A stretch of 64,000 bases of DNA, taken from assembly GCA_002269645.1 (NCBI GenBank), contig NIVC01000197.1, forward strand, positions 434,001-498,000, given 5' to 3'. How positions within the stretch are numbered: position 1 is the stretch's first letter; each line of letters starts with the position of its first letter. This DNA is from Macrostomum lignano. Taxonomy: Eukaryota. Made by a program: the position numbers and the translations under genes. Positions 11,335-25,010 of the stretch are shown here, in pieces. Under the pieces are notes generated by a model that saw only the letters and a list, made by a program, of their open reading frames with translations, did not search any database and was not told where the DNA came from.

Positions 11335-12515
11335 TAGGCTGCGCCAGTTAAATCTGGAAAAACTTTCTAGGTCTATTACTCAGCACTTGATAAAGATACA
11401 TTTTTCTCCATTGTTTCAGCTGAAAGCTCATTAAATTGGAATCCAGTACAACAATTTTCAAGCATTGTCCTCAGAATACAATTGTAGGGCAGCCATCATG
11501 GTGGCTCTTCATGCTGGATGCATGCAGGCTGAGATTGTTGACTTTCTCAGACTGCCTGCATTTATGGTCTACGATTTTGCTAGCCAGTTTTTTGCTGCTG
11601 AGGGCACTAAACCAAGAGCGGGAGATGCAGGTAGGAAGGTCCACGATAGGTCAGCAGCCAGGAAGAGAAGTCTTGACTTCATCGAAAGGCTGGAAGAGCT
11701 GGTGGAGGTGGATCCATTGCAATCCACATGGACTCTGGCTGCCAAGCTCAATGTTGGAGCAACAACTGTCCAACAAGCACTTGAGAAAAACCTTTGCTAC
11801 AAGAGCTATTGACTGAAGGTCTGCCAGATGCTCTCGGAACCAATGAGAGCAAAGAGGATGGAGAGATGCCAGCTTTTTCTGACTTCTTTGAAGGGCAGTG
11901 CCTCTCGATGGATCCACTTTTTCTCCAATGAAAAATTTTCTGCATTGATACCAAAGTCAATCGCCAAAATGACAGGTGGATTGCAAAGGACCCTGACAAT
12001 ATGCCAATGATTGGCAGAACAAAGCACTCGGCATCTGTTCATGTTTTGAGTGTCATATCTAGCAATGGCATAGTCATGCCACCTCATTTTTTTGAGAAGG
12101 GCCAGAATGTAAATACTGAGACCTATCTCAATGTTCTAACCAATGTTGTGAAGCCTTGGATTGTCAAACAGGTTGGTGACAAGCCGCATATTTTCCAACA
12201 AGATGGTGCACCGGCTCACAACAACCATTGGGTGCAGAACTGGCTAGACAACAACTTGGACATGTTCTGGCCATCAAACTTGCCAGATCTCAGACTTAAC
12301 CTGCTGGATTTTTTTCTGGAGTGTGGTCAAGCGTGAGTTAAACAAATGCTTTCACAACTTATTTGATACCTTTGGAGCTGCCATCATTGAAGCATTGGCC
12401 AAAATTCCTACTGATCACATTATCAATGCTTGTCAGCAATTCTGGCCATTCATAGCTCCATCATGCCACTTTTTGTAAGCACATAATATTTTCTGGATTT
12501 AACTGGCACACCCTG
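11335..12515 (+). mobile_element. Decayed Tc1/mariner transposon, maT (DD37D)-like
   Basis: Imperfect TIRs taggctgcgccagttaaatctggaaaa versus (reverse complement) cagggtgtgccagttaaatccagaaaa, flanked by TA. Interrupted transposase 11465-12336 with FSNEK (FSDEK), FQQDGAPAH and LNLLDFF (LNPLDY) motifs. Confidence 0.88.
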
Positions 12516-12963
12516 TATATAATATAAAAAGTATAGCATAATATATAATTATAGTATTATTAATATATGTATAGGCCAGGGCTGGGCCCCATAGTCTGTT
12601 TTATGCTTGGAGTTATGCTAGAGGAAAACTGATAAAATTTTATCATTTATACCACATTTATACCAGGCTTATGCACTAGGCCTATATGCCAGGAATAATG
12701 CCTGGACTAAGGGAGGGGGGAAGGGTACAAGGTAGTTAGTGCAAACATTTTAATTTAAAAAAAGTTTAATGTTTTAATTTTATATATTATAGTTAAAACT
12801 TTATAAATATATAAGTACCAAAAAGATTGTAACAAAGTTTTTGCATCATAACACAATTTCTAGATTTTAAACTTTCTTTTAATTTTTAGAAATAATAAAA
12901 TATATAGTTATTTAAATTCTCTATTTTATTCAAATACTAGAAATAAGTTAACACGGTCATTGA

Positions 12964-13340
12964 GGGGGGCATAGCATAGTGGTCTAGCACAAGCTCTGGT
13001 GTCACATGTGCCAGTGACCTAGGCTTGATTCCAAGTGTAGTCACATTAATTTGGGGCTGAATTGGAATCTTGGCTTGGCTCTGCTTGTGCAATTAACAGC
13101 CTTGAGAGCCAACCCTCCAAGGCACAGTGAAGTGTATATGCTTAATGATAAAAAAAGTTAGGGCCACTGTATATTCCTGTGTGAGTGTGTGCCTGTGTAC
13201 CTATCCGCGCACTTGTGTGCCTACTCAGGGGATTCGGCAGAATGGGCAGTAATGCCTCTTGCCGGTTATATGCCTTATATTGCTTAAAGTGCGCCAGGGT
13301 GCAGTGCATACAACCCCCTGCCTTTAATAAAAAATAAAAA
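12964..13340 (+). mobile_element. tRNA-derived SINE, family A (full length, diverged)
   Basis: A-box-like tagcatagtgg, B-box-like ggcttgattcc, A-rich tail aataaaaaataaaaa. The body matches 51656-51910. Confidence 0.75.
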
Positions 13341-13660
13341 ACATAGTCATTGAAACCATGGTCAGGTCACATTTAGTTCTGGTCAGAGAAATGTGCCAAA
13401 ATATCATTTGTAGGCCCTAGTTGTTTTTATGCCAATCCATTTTTATACCAATTCTTATTCTTATGCCAAGCATTTATGCCAAGGCTATTTTTTGTCTAGA
13501 ATTATGCCAGAAATTTTCAGCATAACTGTAACAAAATGGACTATGGCCAAGGCCTAGTATAAATAATAAGTATTGCTTCAGTATAGCCTAGCCTAGGCCT
13601 AGAAATGATGAAATCTCGAAAATCTTTCTAGTGTGGCATTGTCTTGAGCCATGACCTAAT

Positions 13661-13832
13661 GAATCTGGTCCATTTTGGCGACAAACCATTTCGGCGACAC
13701 CCATTTGTAAATTTGTGTAAGTTCTGAAATTTTTTGTTGCTATGAGATAAGAATACATTCAAAATCCTATTTAAGAATTGTCGCCGAAATGGTTGTCGCC
13801 GAAATGGTTTGTCGCCGAAATGGACAGGTACC
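13661..13832. mobile_element. Small MITE with subterminal gtcgccgaaatgg repeats
   Basis: Left catttcggcgac units are inverted relative to right gtcgccgaaatg units; exact 8-bp flanking duplication gacctaat at 13653-13660 and 13833-13840. Confidence 0.72.
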
Positions 13833-15439
13833 GACCTAATCATAGCCTAAACCCTTTTAATTTTAGGTTTTTAAAGCTCTAAAAAACTACACATAACGGC
13901 CATAACATAAGGATAAGCGGAAAGCCTTTGTCTTATGCCTAGCTTTTTAGCGAGTCTACTACTCTAACTCTTCAACGCTTTAATGCTTTATCAAGTTAGG
14001 GTTAGGCCTAATTCCACCTCTTAAATCATAATCCTAGCCCTAACTCTACTCTCTTGATGTTTGAATTGATCCTGCTGTACAGCCGCAACCGCAACACATT
14101 TTAGGATACGCAGTTTTACATTACATACATATTAGATGTGTACGAGCCTCACACCACACTCACGCCCGTTAATTTTCCTGTTAAATTGTCTCATGAATCT
14201 TGGAAACTATTTTTTAAATGAAAAACTGGCTATAACAAAGCTGTAAAGATTAAACTAACTAAAATCAGACGATAACTTGTTTCGTTCCTTAAACACTTAA
14301 AATAAGAGCTATTAAAATATCTTATGTTACTACCCAATTTCTCACAGTTTCAATGTGTTGCATCACTACTTTAAGAAAAGTTTTTTAAATGATCTTCTAG
14401 AAGCAATAAGTGCCACCCTATAATAAGCCTCCTCAGATCATGTCCGAATAATACAGGTTGATGTGTGGATTACCCGTAAGATATTTACAAAGATCGATAA
14501 ACTTAAAAGAGCGATGGTACATTAAAAAAAACATTATTTCAGCTTACAGACTATCGTTTGAAATCTTTAAAATACTTGAAGTAAAGATAATAAAATCATT
14601 TTTAAAGTACTAATTATAGTATCTAAAAATATTATTACCCAAAAGACCCAACCAAATGTCAATTTTACCTATATGCTTACTTTTTGTTTATTATATATAA
14701 ACTTTGCATTATTATCATTAGATAGGTGTAGGGCCAATGAAGCATAGGCCTAACAATGCCACTTGATCATAGTCCCCCCCAGAGAAGTGGACTAATCATA
14801 ATCACATTCAACTATAAACTACTCTGCCTTCTAGATCACCAATTGTCATAAATCTTTTTTAACAAATGTTTAAATTAGGGGGCCTAATATTTCTTTGAAA
14901 TGTTAGGATAAACAAAATTATACATATTACAGATTCAGAAGACATCTTATTATAGCTCTTTACATGACTTGCAATATCTTATTATAAAAAAAGCTTTATA
15001 ATTTATGTAGCCCATATTGCGGAAGGTTTTCTGTGTATGCCGGACACATTTTTATTGAATTTTCAATTGTATGCCAAAATGATAACAACATGACGATTGT
15101 TGTGACAATTCTGGTAATTAAAATGATTGGTAAATGAGAAAATAGTAGCAGAAAAAAAGGTTTTTGAAATAACTTAACACAGAAAAAGCACGAAAAAATT
15201 CTTTATATTAATTTCTACACCAGTTGCCATACACCACACTGTATGCCACACTGTACACAGCCAAGAAATGTACGCTGGTGTACGCCACGGAAATCTAGTG
15301 TACGCCAGAATTTTCTGGCATACACCCCACCATCTGTAAAATGATATGTAGCTAGGTTTATATCTTACTTTTTCTTTTTAGAAAGTCATTTTGTTTGCCG
15401 GCAGACAAAAAGGTAATAAGAGGTAAGATTGAAATCTTT

Positions 15440-15793
15440 GGGCGGGATTGGGAATAATTTTTTTCTTGGGATTGGGATCAGGTCTTTTAGTGTATTATAG
15501 TTCGTAGGTCCATATAAAGTGAAACAAAATTGAGCAAAAAATGTCAGTATCAAAAGTAAAACATAATAAAATTGATAAAATTGAAGTTTTATAACAAACA
15601 AAATAATAATGTAATGAATACAAGTTAAAACAAAAATAAACTTAAATAATCACTAATTCTATAAACTTTTGATCAAAAGACCTATTCCCAATTCTTGTGT
15701 TTTTAGGGTTGGGATCCTGGTCCCGCAGGAATACAATTTTCCCTCGGGATCCTGGGATTTCAAGATCAAGATTGGGATCCCATCCAATCTCTA
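15440..15793. mobile_element. Partial hAT-like MITE (right end caatctcta)
   Basis: gggatcc subterminal repeats and a terminus resembling the 10169 element; left end not found. Confidence 0.45.
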
Positions 15794-15969
15794 CTGCCCA
15801 TCTAGAGAATGAAGGGTTTTAAGATGGATGAGATTCTTCATGGGGATTGCTTTTATGTACCTAAACTTCTATTATTTAGATTTAAGTTCAATAAAGGCAT
15901 CTCTATTGAAGCTTAAGCAAGTATTTTTGAGACTAGAAAAAGGATTAAGGCTATCCTATAGAATTATTT

Positions 15970-16550
15970 ATTCATAAAATTATTTATTGCTTAAATTTGA
16001 TTTATTTTTATTTTAGAGTAAAAAATATGAAACAAGTGAACAAATCAACTGTTTAACAGCAACACAAAATTATTTGTTTTAGTCAATTGGTACAATGGTA
16101 TAATCCAACTTGAGGCCACTGGTTGTCTAACAGTCAAAAAATAAGCAATGGCTTGACTTGAATCTTAGTATTGGTAGCTTGGCAACTCATTTTTCAATCT
16201 CAAATGCAATGCATCTCCCTCTTAAGCCCCCCCCCCTATACTATCATAGCCTTTTGACCATAGACATTTTTTATATTTGTATGTGCAAAACTGATACTTT
16301 TTAAATAATTCTTGAGAAATCAATGCACAAATTCAAATTTTGTGGAGATTTGTCCTGAATAAAATTACCCAGTTATATTATTACCCAATGTTAAAGTGTA
16401 CCCTTATATTGTGCTGTGGCAACTGACTATAACAAACAAAGCTGCCAATATATGTTAAACAGTTAATTTCTTCACTTGTTTCATATTTTTAGACTCTAAA
16501 AATAGAAAGAAATTGAACTCAAACCAAAAAAATTATTTAACAAATGATTC
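15970..16550. mobile_element. AT-rich foldback/MITE-like inverted repeat
   Basis: ttttagagtaaaaaatatgaaacaagtgaacaaatcaactgtttaaca (about 16012-16060) is the inverted complement of about 16449-16502. Confidence 0.55.
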
Positions 16551-17763
16551 TTTATATGCAATATGATCATGGCATAAAGTTTGATCTTGGCTTTAGTAAA
16601 GAAGGCTTGTGTGTATATTTGAAAGTTTCTATGAAAGAAGTGGCTAGACATAGTAAAGGCATTGTTTGTTCATTCAATTAAAACAGTCTGGGACATAAAC
16701 ATCTTAAATTTTTGACAAAATGGAATGGCCATAAGTACATCTTTGTGATGCAACACAGACAAGACTTGTTTTAGTTTGAATGACAATAATGCAGCAGACT
16801 GATATATTTGCTGAGTAAGATAATCACAATGAAGAAAAACTAGATTTAGTTATTTAAATATGAACTGGTATAAAATGATATTTGAGTTATCAATAAAAGT
16901 TAGAGTAGAAAGCACATTATATATGCATTGATTTACACATGAGTGGGGTGCATGCTTGGCATGGTAAGCAAGGCACAAAGTGAGTCAAAGTTTAATAGCT
17001 AGCCAGTTGATAGTCAGCGACAACCCCCAACATGTCACTTTGAAAATATGGGTTTTTAGCGGCTTGCGAAAACAAAGTAAGTTGCAAGCGAAAAAAAAAA
17101 GTTTATTAGCTTTACGCGTTGGGTATAAATAAGCACGCGATCACATGGGGAGGTGCGCCAAGGTGGCACGATTGAAGGCCAACCCCCCGACTTAGCATAT
17201 TGGCTGTCTGTCCGAGTACACCCACCCCCCAGCCTGGCAGGCAGGGGGTTGCAGTGCAGATGTACTCACAATCGCTGGCTGCATGCCGATTGGGCCGCCA
17301 CAGGGTTCTTAATTCCCTATTATGCCCTTTGAGATTTATTTTTTTGCATGAAATATTTGCCTTGGATTCTAACAACAATTAAAAACAATGGCATCAAATG
17401 TTTGCTCTGTTTCTGCATAATAATTCTAAGCTGCAATGCTAATTCGTATATTTACTATATACTATATAACTTTTAGTAACATTTTACACAAGAATAAACT
17501 AATCCTTTTCTGTAAATTTTGATGCCCAGTCTTATAAAAAATGTAATTTAAGTTGAAGAAGTTAGCCAATAGTGTATTGTTTCTCAGGGTCTCTTTGGTA
17601 TATCATTCTCTTTAAAATCAATATAATCGATATTTTTATTATATTCCTGCTCCTGCCATTCCTAGAAGCACCCGCGAGCGCCAGGACTTGCGGCTCTGGC
17701 AGTGCTGGCAACGTTCACATTTCTACTCGTAGAAACCAGCATCGCGTAGCCAAGGAAAAAAAT

Positions 17764-18078
17764 ATGCGCATCCCATTATCTGTTCCCACAAATCTATTTA
17801 GAAGTAGGCGCGCGAGTACAAATTCTAGAAAGATTCTATCGGCAGCAATGAGCTTAGCCAACAATGGCCTGGCTGCGTGTGTTGACGCCGCCGCCGATGC
17901 CCTGCTTCGAGGCGGCATCGTTGCCCTGCCAACTGACACTGTCTATGGCCTGGCCTGTCTGGCCGACTGCCCAGTCGCTGTTGGTCGCGTCTACGCCGTC
18001 AAAGGCCGCTCAAGCGGCAAACCACTGGCCGTGTGCCTGGACTCGGCTGCTCGAGTGCCCGATTATACGATTCCGCAG
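17764..18078 (+). CDS. YRDC: Threonylcarbamoyl-AMP synthase (YrdC/Sua5 family), exon 1
   Basis: LLRGGIVALPTDTVYGLACLAD...VYAVKGRSSGKPLAVC. In-frame ATGs at 17764 and 17848; donor CAG|gtgagt, phase 0. Confidence 0.95.
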
Positions 18079-18115
18079 GTGAGTGGAGGCTGGTGTCTCG
18101 TGTTTTAGTAGCGTT

Positions 18116-19080
18116 TTGATCCGTGTCCTGAAAGAGCTGTTTTTTATTGAGTCCGTGTCCTAAAAGAGCTGTTTTATTGAGTCCGTGTCCTAAAAGAGCT
18201 GTTTTATTGGGTCCGTGTCCTAAAAGAGCTGTTTTATTGGGTCCGTGTCCTAAAAGAGCTGTTTTATTGGGTCCGTGTCCTAAAAGAGCTGTTTTATTGA
18301 GTCCGTGTCCTAAAACAGCTGTTTTATTGGGTCCGTGTCCTAAAAGAGCTGTTTTATTGGGTCCGTGTCCTAAAAGAGCTGTTTTATTGAGTCCGTGTCC
18401 TAAAACAGCTGTTTTATTGGGTCCGTGTCCTAAAAGAGCTGTTTTATTGGGTCCGTGTCCTAAAAGAGCTGTTTTATTGGGTCCGTGTCCTAAAAGAGCT
18501 GTTTTATTGGGTCCGTGTCCTAAAAGAGCTGTTTTATTGGGTCCGTGTCCTAAAAGAGCTGTTTTATTGAGTCCGTGTCCTAAAACAGCTGTTTTATTGG
18601 GTCCGTGTCCTAAAAGAGCTGTTTTATTGGGTCCGTGTCCTAAAAGAGCTGTTTTATTGAGTCCCTGTCCTAAAACAGCTGTTTTATTGGGTCCGTGTCC
18701 TAAAAGAGCTGTTTTATTGGATCCGTGTCCTAAAAGAGCTGTTTTATTGGGTCCGTGTCCTAAAAGAGCTGTTTTATTGGGTCCGTGTCCTAAAACAGCT
18801 GTTTTATTGAGTCCGTGTCCTAAAAGAGCTGTTTTATTGAGTCCGTGTCCTAAAAGAGCTGTTTTATTGAGTCCGTGTCCTAAAAGAGCTGTTTTATTGA
18901 GTCCGTGTCCTAAAAGAGCCGTTTCATTGAGTCCGTGTCTCAAAAGGGCCGTTTCATTGAGTCCGTGTCTCAAAAGGGCCGTTTCATTGAGTCCGTGTCC
19001 TAAAAGAGCCGTTTCATTGAGTCCGTGTCTCAAAAGGGCCGTTTCATTGAGTCCGTGTCATAAAAGGGCCGTTTCATTGA
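18116..19080. repeat. 30-bp minisatellite filling the YRDC intron
   Basis: Unit gtccgtgtcctaaaagagctgttttattg(g/a), about 32 copies, with a diverged variant block at the 3' end. Confidence 0.97.
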
Positions 19081-19180
19081 GCGGCTGTTGAGCAGTTTTA
19101 AGTTTGAAGTGTGAGTGTCTAACGGCATAAATCTCCAAATAAATATTTGCTTAATACAGAGCCATAATCATGCATCGCAG

Positions 19181-19675
19181 GACGGCTGCAGCGTTAACGC
19201 CGCTCTGCTCAAAGACCTGCTGCCCGGCCCAGTTACTCTGGTGCTGCCGCGCGGCCCCCGCCTAAGCGACCGGCTCAATCCCGGCGTCTCAGCCGTCGGC
19301 ATCCGCGTGCCCGACCACCCGTTCATCCTGGCTCTGTGCCGTCGAATTCGCCGGCCAGTGGCTCTGACCTCGGCTAATGCTAGCGGCGCCTCGGACAGTC
19401 TCCGGCCGGACGACTTTAGCAGCCTGTGGCCGGACATTGACCTGCTGATTGATGGCGGCTGCTTGAAGCCCGGCCCGGCCAGTACAGTAGTTGAACTCAT
19501 GCCGGCAGCTCGGCTGTACCGCGTACTGCGCACCGGCAGAGCTCTGGAGTCAACTGCCTGCAGGCTGGCCCGCCACGGCTACCGGCTTGAGGGTGCTGAA
19601 GCCTGCAGCAGCGGAGTCGCCGCCGCTGGCCCCGATGACTGCCGCCTGCCCGTACCTTTGCAAGTTGCGAGTTGA
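19181..19675 (+). CDS. YRDC: YrdC/Sua5, exon 2 (spliced protein about 269 aa)
   Basis: Acceptor catcgcag| (alternative in-frame aatacag| at 19160). LLPGPVTLVL, VGIRVPDHPF, ALTSANASG, LLIDGG and STVVEL motifs; TGA 19673-19675. Confidence 0.95.
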   Translation, partial: DGCSVNAALLKDLLPGPVTLVLPRGPRLSDRLNPGVSAVGIRVPDHPFILALCRRIRRPVALTSANASGASDSLRPDDFSSLWPDIDLLIDGGCLKPGPASTVVELMPAARLYRVLRTGRALESTACRLARHGYRLEGAEACSSGVAAAGPDDCRLPVPLQVAS

Positions 19676-19764
19676 AAATCTGTGACAATGTGCTATCTGT
19701 GTTACTTACAATAGTAGCTTGCTATCACAAAGGCAATTGCTGGAATTCTGTGGCTTTGGGGGAA

Positions 19765-20045
19765 TTTCTAAGATTTCAAGGCTCATGAGGGGAATTGCTG
19801 AGATTTCAAGGCTCATGGGGGGGGGAATTGCTGAGATTTCAAGGCTCATGGGGGAATTGCTGAGATTTCAAGGCTAATGGGGGGAATTGCTGAGATTTCA
19901 AGGCTCATGGGGGAATTGCTGAGATTTCAAGGCTCATGGGGGGGGGGAATTGCTGAGATTTCAAGGCTCATGGGGGAATTGCTGAGATTTCAAGGCTCAT
20001 GGGGGAATTGCTGAGATTTCAAGGCTCATGGGGGAATTGCTGAGA
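19765..20045. repeat. About 29-bp minisatellite
   Basis: Unit ggggaattgctgagatttcaaggctcatg with variable G-run length. Confidence 0.93.
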
Positions 20046-20659
20046 GGGTCGCTGTGTACCCTGTGTGAGCGTGTGTATGAGTGCGTGTCTGCGTACAGTA
20101 ATGCCGCGATATCTGTCTACAACTCATTTCCGGCACTTCGGCATATTGGTTGCTGTATTCTGCTCATCGCAAATGGTTGGTCCAAAATGAGACAAGCAAA
20201 TTGGAACCGGCCTTAAGACGGTTTTTGTGACGAGTTACTTTGATGTACTATTTGATGTATTATTATTAATAAAGTTAACAGCCCCATCTCTGCTCGAGTT
20301 AAGTTTTCAAAAAAATGTTGATAGTCAATGTAGGCACAGTCCTGTACTGTATTTGTCCTTTCAACCTCGAGTAACTCTTAAGCTATTGCATTCAATTATA
20401 CAGAAGTGTGCCCTCTTTTAGCAGGGTAACAGTTTCAGTTGTTGAGTTGAGTTTGGCGAAAGAATTCTTCATAGCTTCAGTGCTTGAATAGTTCGATAGC
20501 AATTGCTATCTGTCAAGTTTGGCTGCAGGATTCTGCGATTTCTGATGAAAGTGTTGCTAAATGACTTTTAGACTTCGTTTTTTATAAATATTTTTCATAT
20601 ACTCGTACAACTCTTAAAAACTACGATTCATTCGTGCGGCTGTCAAAATGTGCTCTTAA

Positions 20660-21270
20660 CCCCCTCCCTGAGTTCATCCTGGACTCTCACCCCCTCCATG
20701 AGTTCATTCTGGACTCTCATTCCCTCCCTGAGTTCATTCTGGACTCTCACCCCCTTCCTGATTTTATTCTGGACTCTCACCCCTTCCTGATTTCATTCTG
20801 GACTCTCATTCCCTTCCTGATTTCATTCTGGACTCTCACCCCCTCCCTGAGTTAATTCTGGACTCTCACCCCCTTCCTGATTTCATTCTGGACTCTCATT
20901 CCCTCCCTGAGTTCATTCTGGACTCTCAACCCCTCCCTTAGTTCATTCTGGACTCTCATTCCCTCCCTGAGTTTATTATGGACTCTCACCCCCTTCCTGA
21001 TTTCATTCTGGACTCTCACCCCCTCCATGAGTTCATTCTGGACTCTCAACCCCTCCCTTAGTTCATTCTGGACTCTCACCCCCTCCCTGAGTTCATTCTG
21101 GACTCTCAACCCCTCCCTTAGTTCATTCTGGACTCTCAACCCCTCCCTTAGTTCATTCTGGACTCTCACCCCCTCCCTGAGTTCATTCTGGCCTCTCAAC
21201 CCCTCCCTTAGTTCATTCTGGACTCTCATTCCCTCCCTGAGTTTATTCTGGACTCTCATTCCCTCCCTGA
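20660..21270. repeat. 30-bp minisatellite
   Basis: Unit ccctccctgagttcattctggactctcacc, about 20 copies. Confidence 0.95.
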
Positions 21271-21914
21271 ATTTCAGCCACTCCCCTCCCCAGCCATCTG
21301 TAATTCTCAAGCTGGCGAACGGGCCGAGCACTATAGGGGGAAAGTCGTATGCGTATTCTTTATAAAGCGGCAATGCTCAGGAAAAGCGGTAAAGAAGTAG
21401 CCATGATTTAATGGCTAACGTATTTCTGAGTCTACTGAGGAGATAAAATCCCAGTGCTCCAACTGGTGGCAGCTCTCCCATCTTCCCCAGCCCACTAAGC
21501 AGATTTCTCTTCAATTTTTTTCATTTCCAATTCTGAAGCTGTCCCTTCTTAAACTCTGTGTCCCTCAGGACTCGCCTACGCAGTTGCTCAATTTGGAAAA
21601 AGGCGGGTGATCAGAAATTGGGAAAACACATTTTTTCCCTATTGCAGCTTATCCCGTGTCGGATGCTCCTTCTTACCCTCTCTCTTTTTCTCCTAGTTGC
21701 TGAAGAAGAAGACCTAGGCAAAATCTGGCGAGTAACACGGGGCTAGCTCATCCTTTTAGCCTCTCTGGACCAGCCCTGTCTGGCGGTGCTTTTTATTGTA
21801 CTAAGTGGAGCATTGGGCACTCCTTGTACCCTATTTAGCCGCAGTGCCTGCCCCAATTGCATGATTGAATTGCAACTGCTTCCGGGCTGCGTCACAAACT
21901 CCAACTTGTAAAAG

Positions 21915-22990
21915 TTCTATTCCTTCTATCCCTTCTATCATTCCTTCTATCCCTTCTATCATTCCTTCTATTCCATCTATCATCCCTTCTACCTCATCTA
22001 TTATCCCATCTATCCAATCTATCATTCCTTCTATCCCTTCTATCATTCCTTCTATCCCTTCTATCATTCCTTCTATCCTTCTATCATTCCTTCTATCCCT
22101 TCTATCATTCCTTCTATCCCTTCTATCATTCCTTCTATCCCTTCTATCATTCCTTCTATCCCTTCTATCATTCCTTCTATCCCTTCTATCATTCCTTCTA
22201 TCCCTTCTATCATTCCTTCTATCCCTTCTATCATTCCTTCTATGCCTTCTATCATTCCTTCTATCCCTTCTATCATTCCTTCTATCCCTTCTATCATCCC
22301 TTCTATCGCTTCTATTATCCCATCTATCCAATCTATCATTCCTTCTATCCCTTCTATCATTCCTTCTATCCCTTCTATCATTCCTTCTATCCCTTCTATC
22401 ATTCCTTCTATGCCTTCTATCATTCCTTCCATCCCTTCTATCATTCCTTCCATCACTTCTATCATTCCTTCTATCCCTTCTATCATTCCTTCTATCCCTT
22501 CTATCATTCCTTCCATCCCTTCTATCCCCATCTATCGTCCCTTCTATCATTCCTTCTATGCCTTCTATCATTCCTTCTATCCCTTCTATCATTCCTTCTA
22601 TCCCTTCTATCATCCCTTCTATCGCTTCTATTATCCCATCTATCCAATCTATCATTCCTTCTATCCCTTCTATCATTCCTTCTATCCCTTCTATCATTCC
22701 TTCTATCCCTTCTATCATTCCTTCTATGCCTTCTATCATTCCTTCCATCCCTTCTATCATTCCTTCCATCCCTTCTATCATTCCTTCCATCACTTCTATC
22801 ATTCCTTCTATCCCTTCTATCATTCCTTCTATCCCTTCTATCATTCCTTCCATCCCTTCTATCCCCATCTATCGTCCCTTCTATCATTCCTTCTATTCCA
22901 TCTATCATCCCTTCTATCCCTTCTATCATTCCATCTATCATTCCTTCTATCCCTTCAACATCAATCATTTCTTCTATCCCATCCATCATT
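21915..22990. repeat. 21-bp pyrimidine-rich minisatellite
   Basis: Unit tcccttctatcattccttcta, with a higher-order repeat of variant blocks. Confidence 0.95.
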
Positions 22991-23324
22991 CCTTCTTTTC
23001 GACTCATATCTTCTAAGCTATTTTCATTAGTTTTTCTATCTTTATCAAGCGTAAAATTTATTTCAGGTAAGTTGTCAAGCCCCATTGAGCACAGATTGCA
23101 TGGCAACAATCAATAGACAACCACAGAGATTGACAACTGTAGCGTGCTGAGTGACTCCCGAATTCCTTTTGTTCTTGATCGGCATCGATCGGTGCGGGTA
23201 AATGCTTATTGATTTTCGGCTTCTATTGTCTGCGTCGCATGACTGAACAAGGCGGAAACACGATTTCTTGTTGCTAAATTTAGCAACAGGTTTTGGCCCC
23301 GATTTCACCTGCGAGCAAGATCTC

Positions 23325-24205
23325 AGAATTGCAGTATGACAGCCATAAACTTTCTAGATCTCAGAATTGCAGTATGACAGCCATAAACTTTCTAGATCTC
23401 AGATATATAACTGTCATAAACTTTCTAGATCTCTGATATATGACAGCCATAAACTTTCTAGATCTCAGAATTGCAGTATGACAGCCATAAACTTTCTAGA
23501 TCTCAGATATATAACTGCCATAAACTTTCTAGATCTCCGATATATGATAGCCATAAACTTTCTAGATCTCAGAATTGCAGTATGGCAGTCATAAACTTTC
23601 TAGATCCCAGAATTGCAGTATGACAGTCATAAACTTTCTAGATCTCAGATATATGACTGCCATAAACTTTCTAGATCTCAGATATATGACCGGCATAAAC
23701 TTTTTAGATCTCAGATATATGACCGACATAAACTTTCTATATCTCAGATATATGGCTGGCATAACCTTTCTAGATCTCAGATATATGACCGGCATAAACT
23801 TTCTATATCTCAGATATATGACCGGCATAAACTTTCTATATCTCAGATATATGACCGGCATAAACTTTCTAGATCTCAGATATATGACCGGCATAAACTT
23901 TCTAGATCTCAGATATATGACCGGCATAAACTTTCTAGATCTCAGATATATAACTGCCATAAACTTTCTAGATCTCGGATATATGACCGGCTTAAACTTT
24001 CTATATCTCAGATATATGGCTGGTATTAACTTTCTAGATCTCAGATATATGACCGGCATAAACTTTCTAGATCTCAGATATATAACTGCCATAAACTTTC
24101 TAGATCTCGGATATATGACCGGCTTAAACTTTCTATATCTCAGATATATGGCTGGTATTAACTTTCTAGATCTCAGATATATGACCGGCATAAACTCTAT
24201 ATCTC
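23325..24205. repeat. 33-bp minisatellite
   Basis: Unit tctagatctcagatatatgaccggcataaactt. Confidence 0.95.
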
Positions 24206-24639
24206 AGATTGTACAGTCCCCTACAGTAGAGCAAAAAAGTTCTTATAGTTTTTTTTAAAATATACCAGTTCACCAGCCTGTTCTTTCTTTAATTAATAGT
24301 TAAACTTCGTTTAATCCTGACTTGACCATCCGTGAGCTGTCTGACTGTCTGGGAGTTAATTAGTCGGGATGGGGATTTAGAACTTTCTGAAACAGTCGTT
24401 TCATATTGATCGAATCATTAAGAAGGGCTACTAATGAGCTTTCTGATTCAAAATAATCGATGTTGTCACCTTTAAGAACTTGGATTTTAGAATTTTCTTT
24501 TGTGCTAAAATTTCTATAAATCTATTGAAACAATTATTTTTATAGGTCATTCAGATTCTAGCATTGCGATGAAGGATATTGGAGATTGGACCATAAACTA
24601 TTCTACTGCATTTATGGCACAGAACTAATGCAGTTGGGG

Positions 24640-25010
24640 CTCCCGGTCACAGACAGTTTAGATAGGTCATAGACAGGTTTGCTCATAGATCATAGAAAGT
24701 TTGTCTCAAAGACAATTTGGGTCATAGAAAAAAAAAGTTATAGATCATTTTGTTCATGGACAGTTTGTGTTGTAGACAATTCGGGTCATAGACGATTGGG
24801 TTCACAGACAATTTGGGTCATAGACAATTCGGGTCTTAGACGATTCGGTCATAGACAATTCGGCTCATAGACGATTCGGTTCACAGACAATTTGGGTCAT
24901 AGACAATTTGGGTCATAGACAATTCGGGTCATAGACGATTCGGTCATAGACAATTCGGGCATAGACGATTCGGTCATAGACAAATCGGGTCTTAGACAAT
25001 ACGGGTCAGA
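24640..25010. repeat. 15-16-bp tcatagac-core repeat array
   Basis: Unit tcatagacaattcggg; reverse-complement related to the actgtctatga array at 26055. Confidence 0.85.

Noticed and set aside
17999-24258. Long repetitive ORFs (17999-19033, 18147-19091, 20852-21373, 21831-23109, 23575-24258)
   Set aside because: Stop-free frames of 21/30/33-bp minisatellites with no unique domain or splice support.
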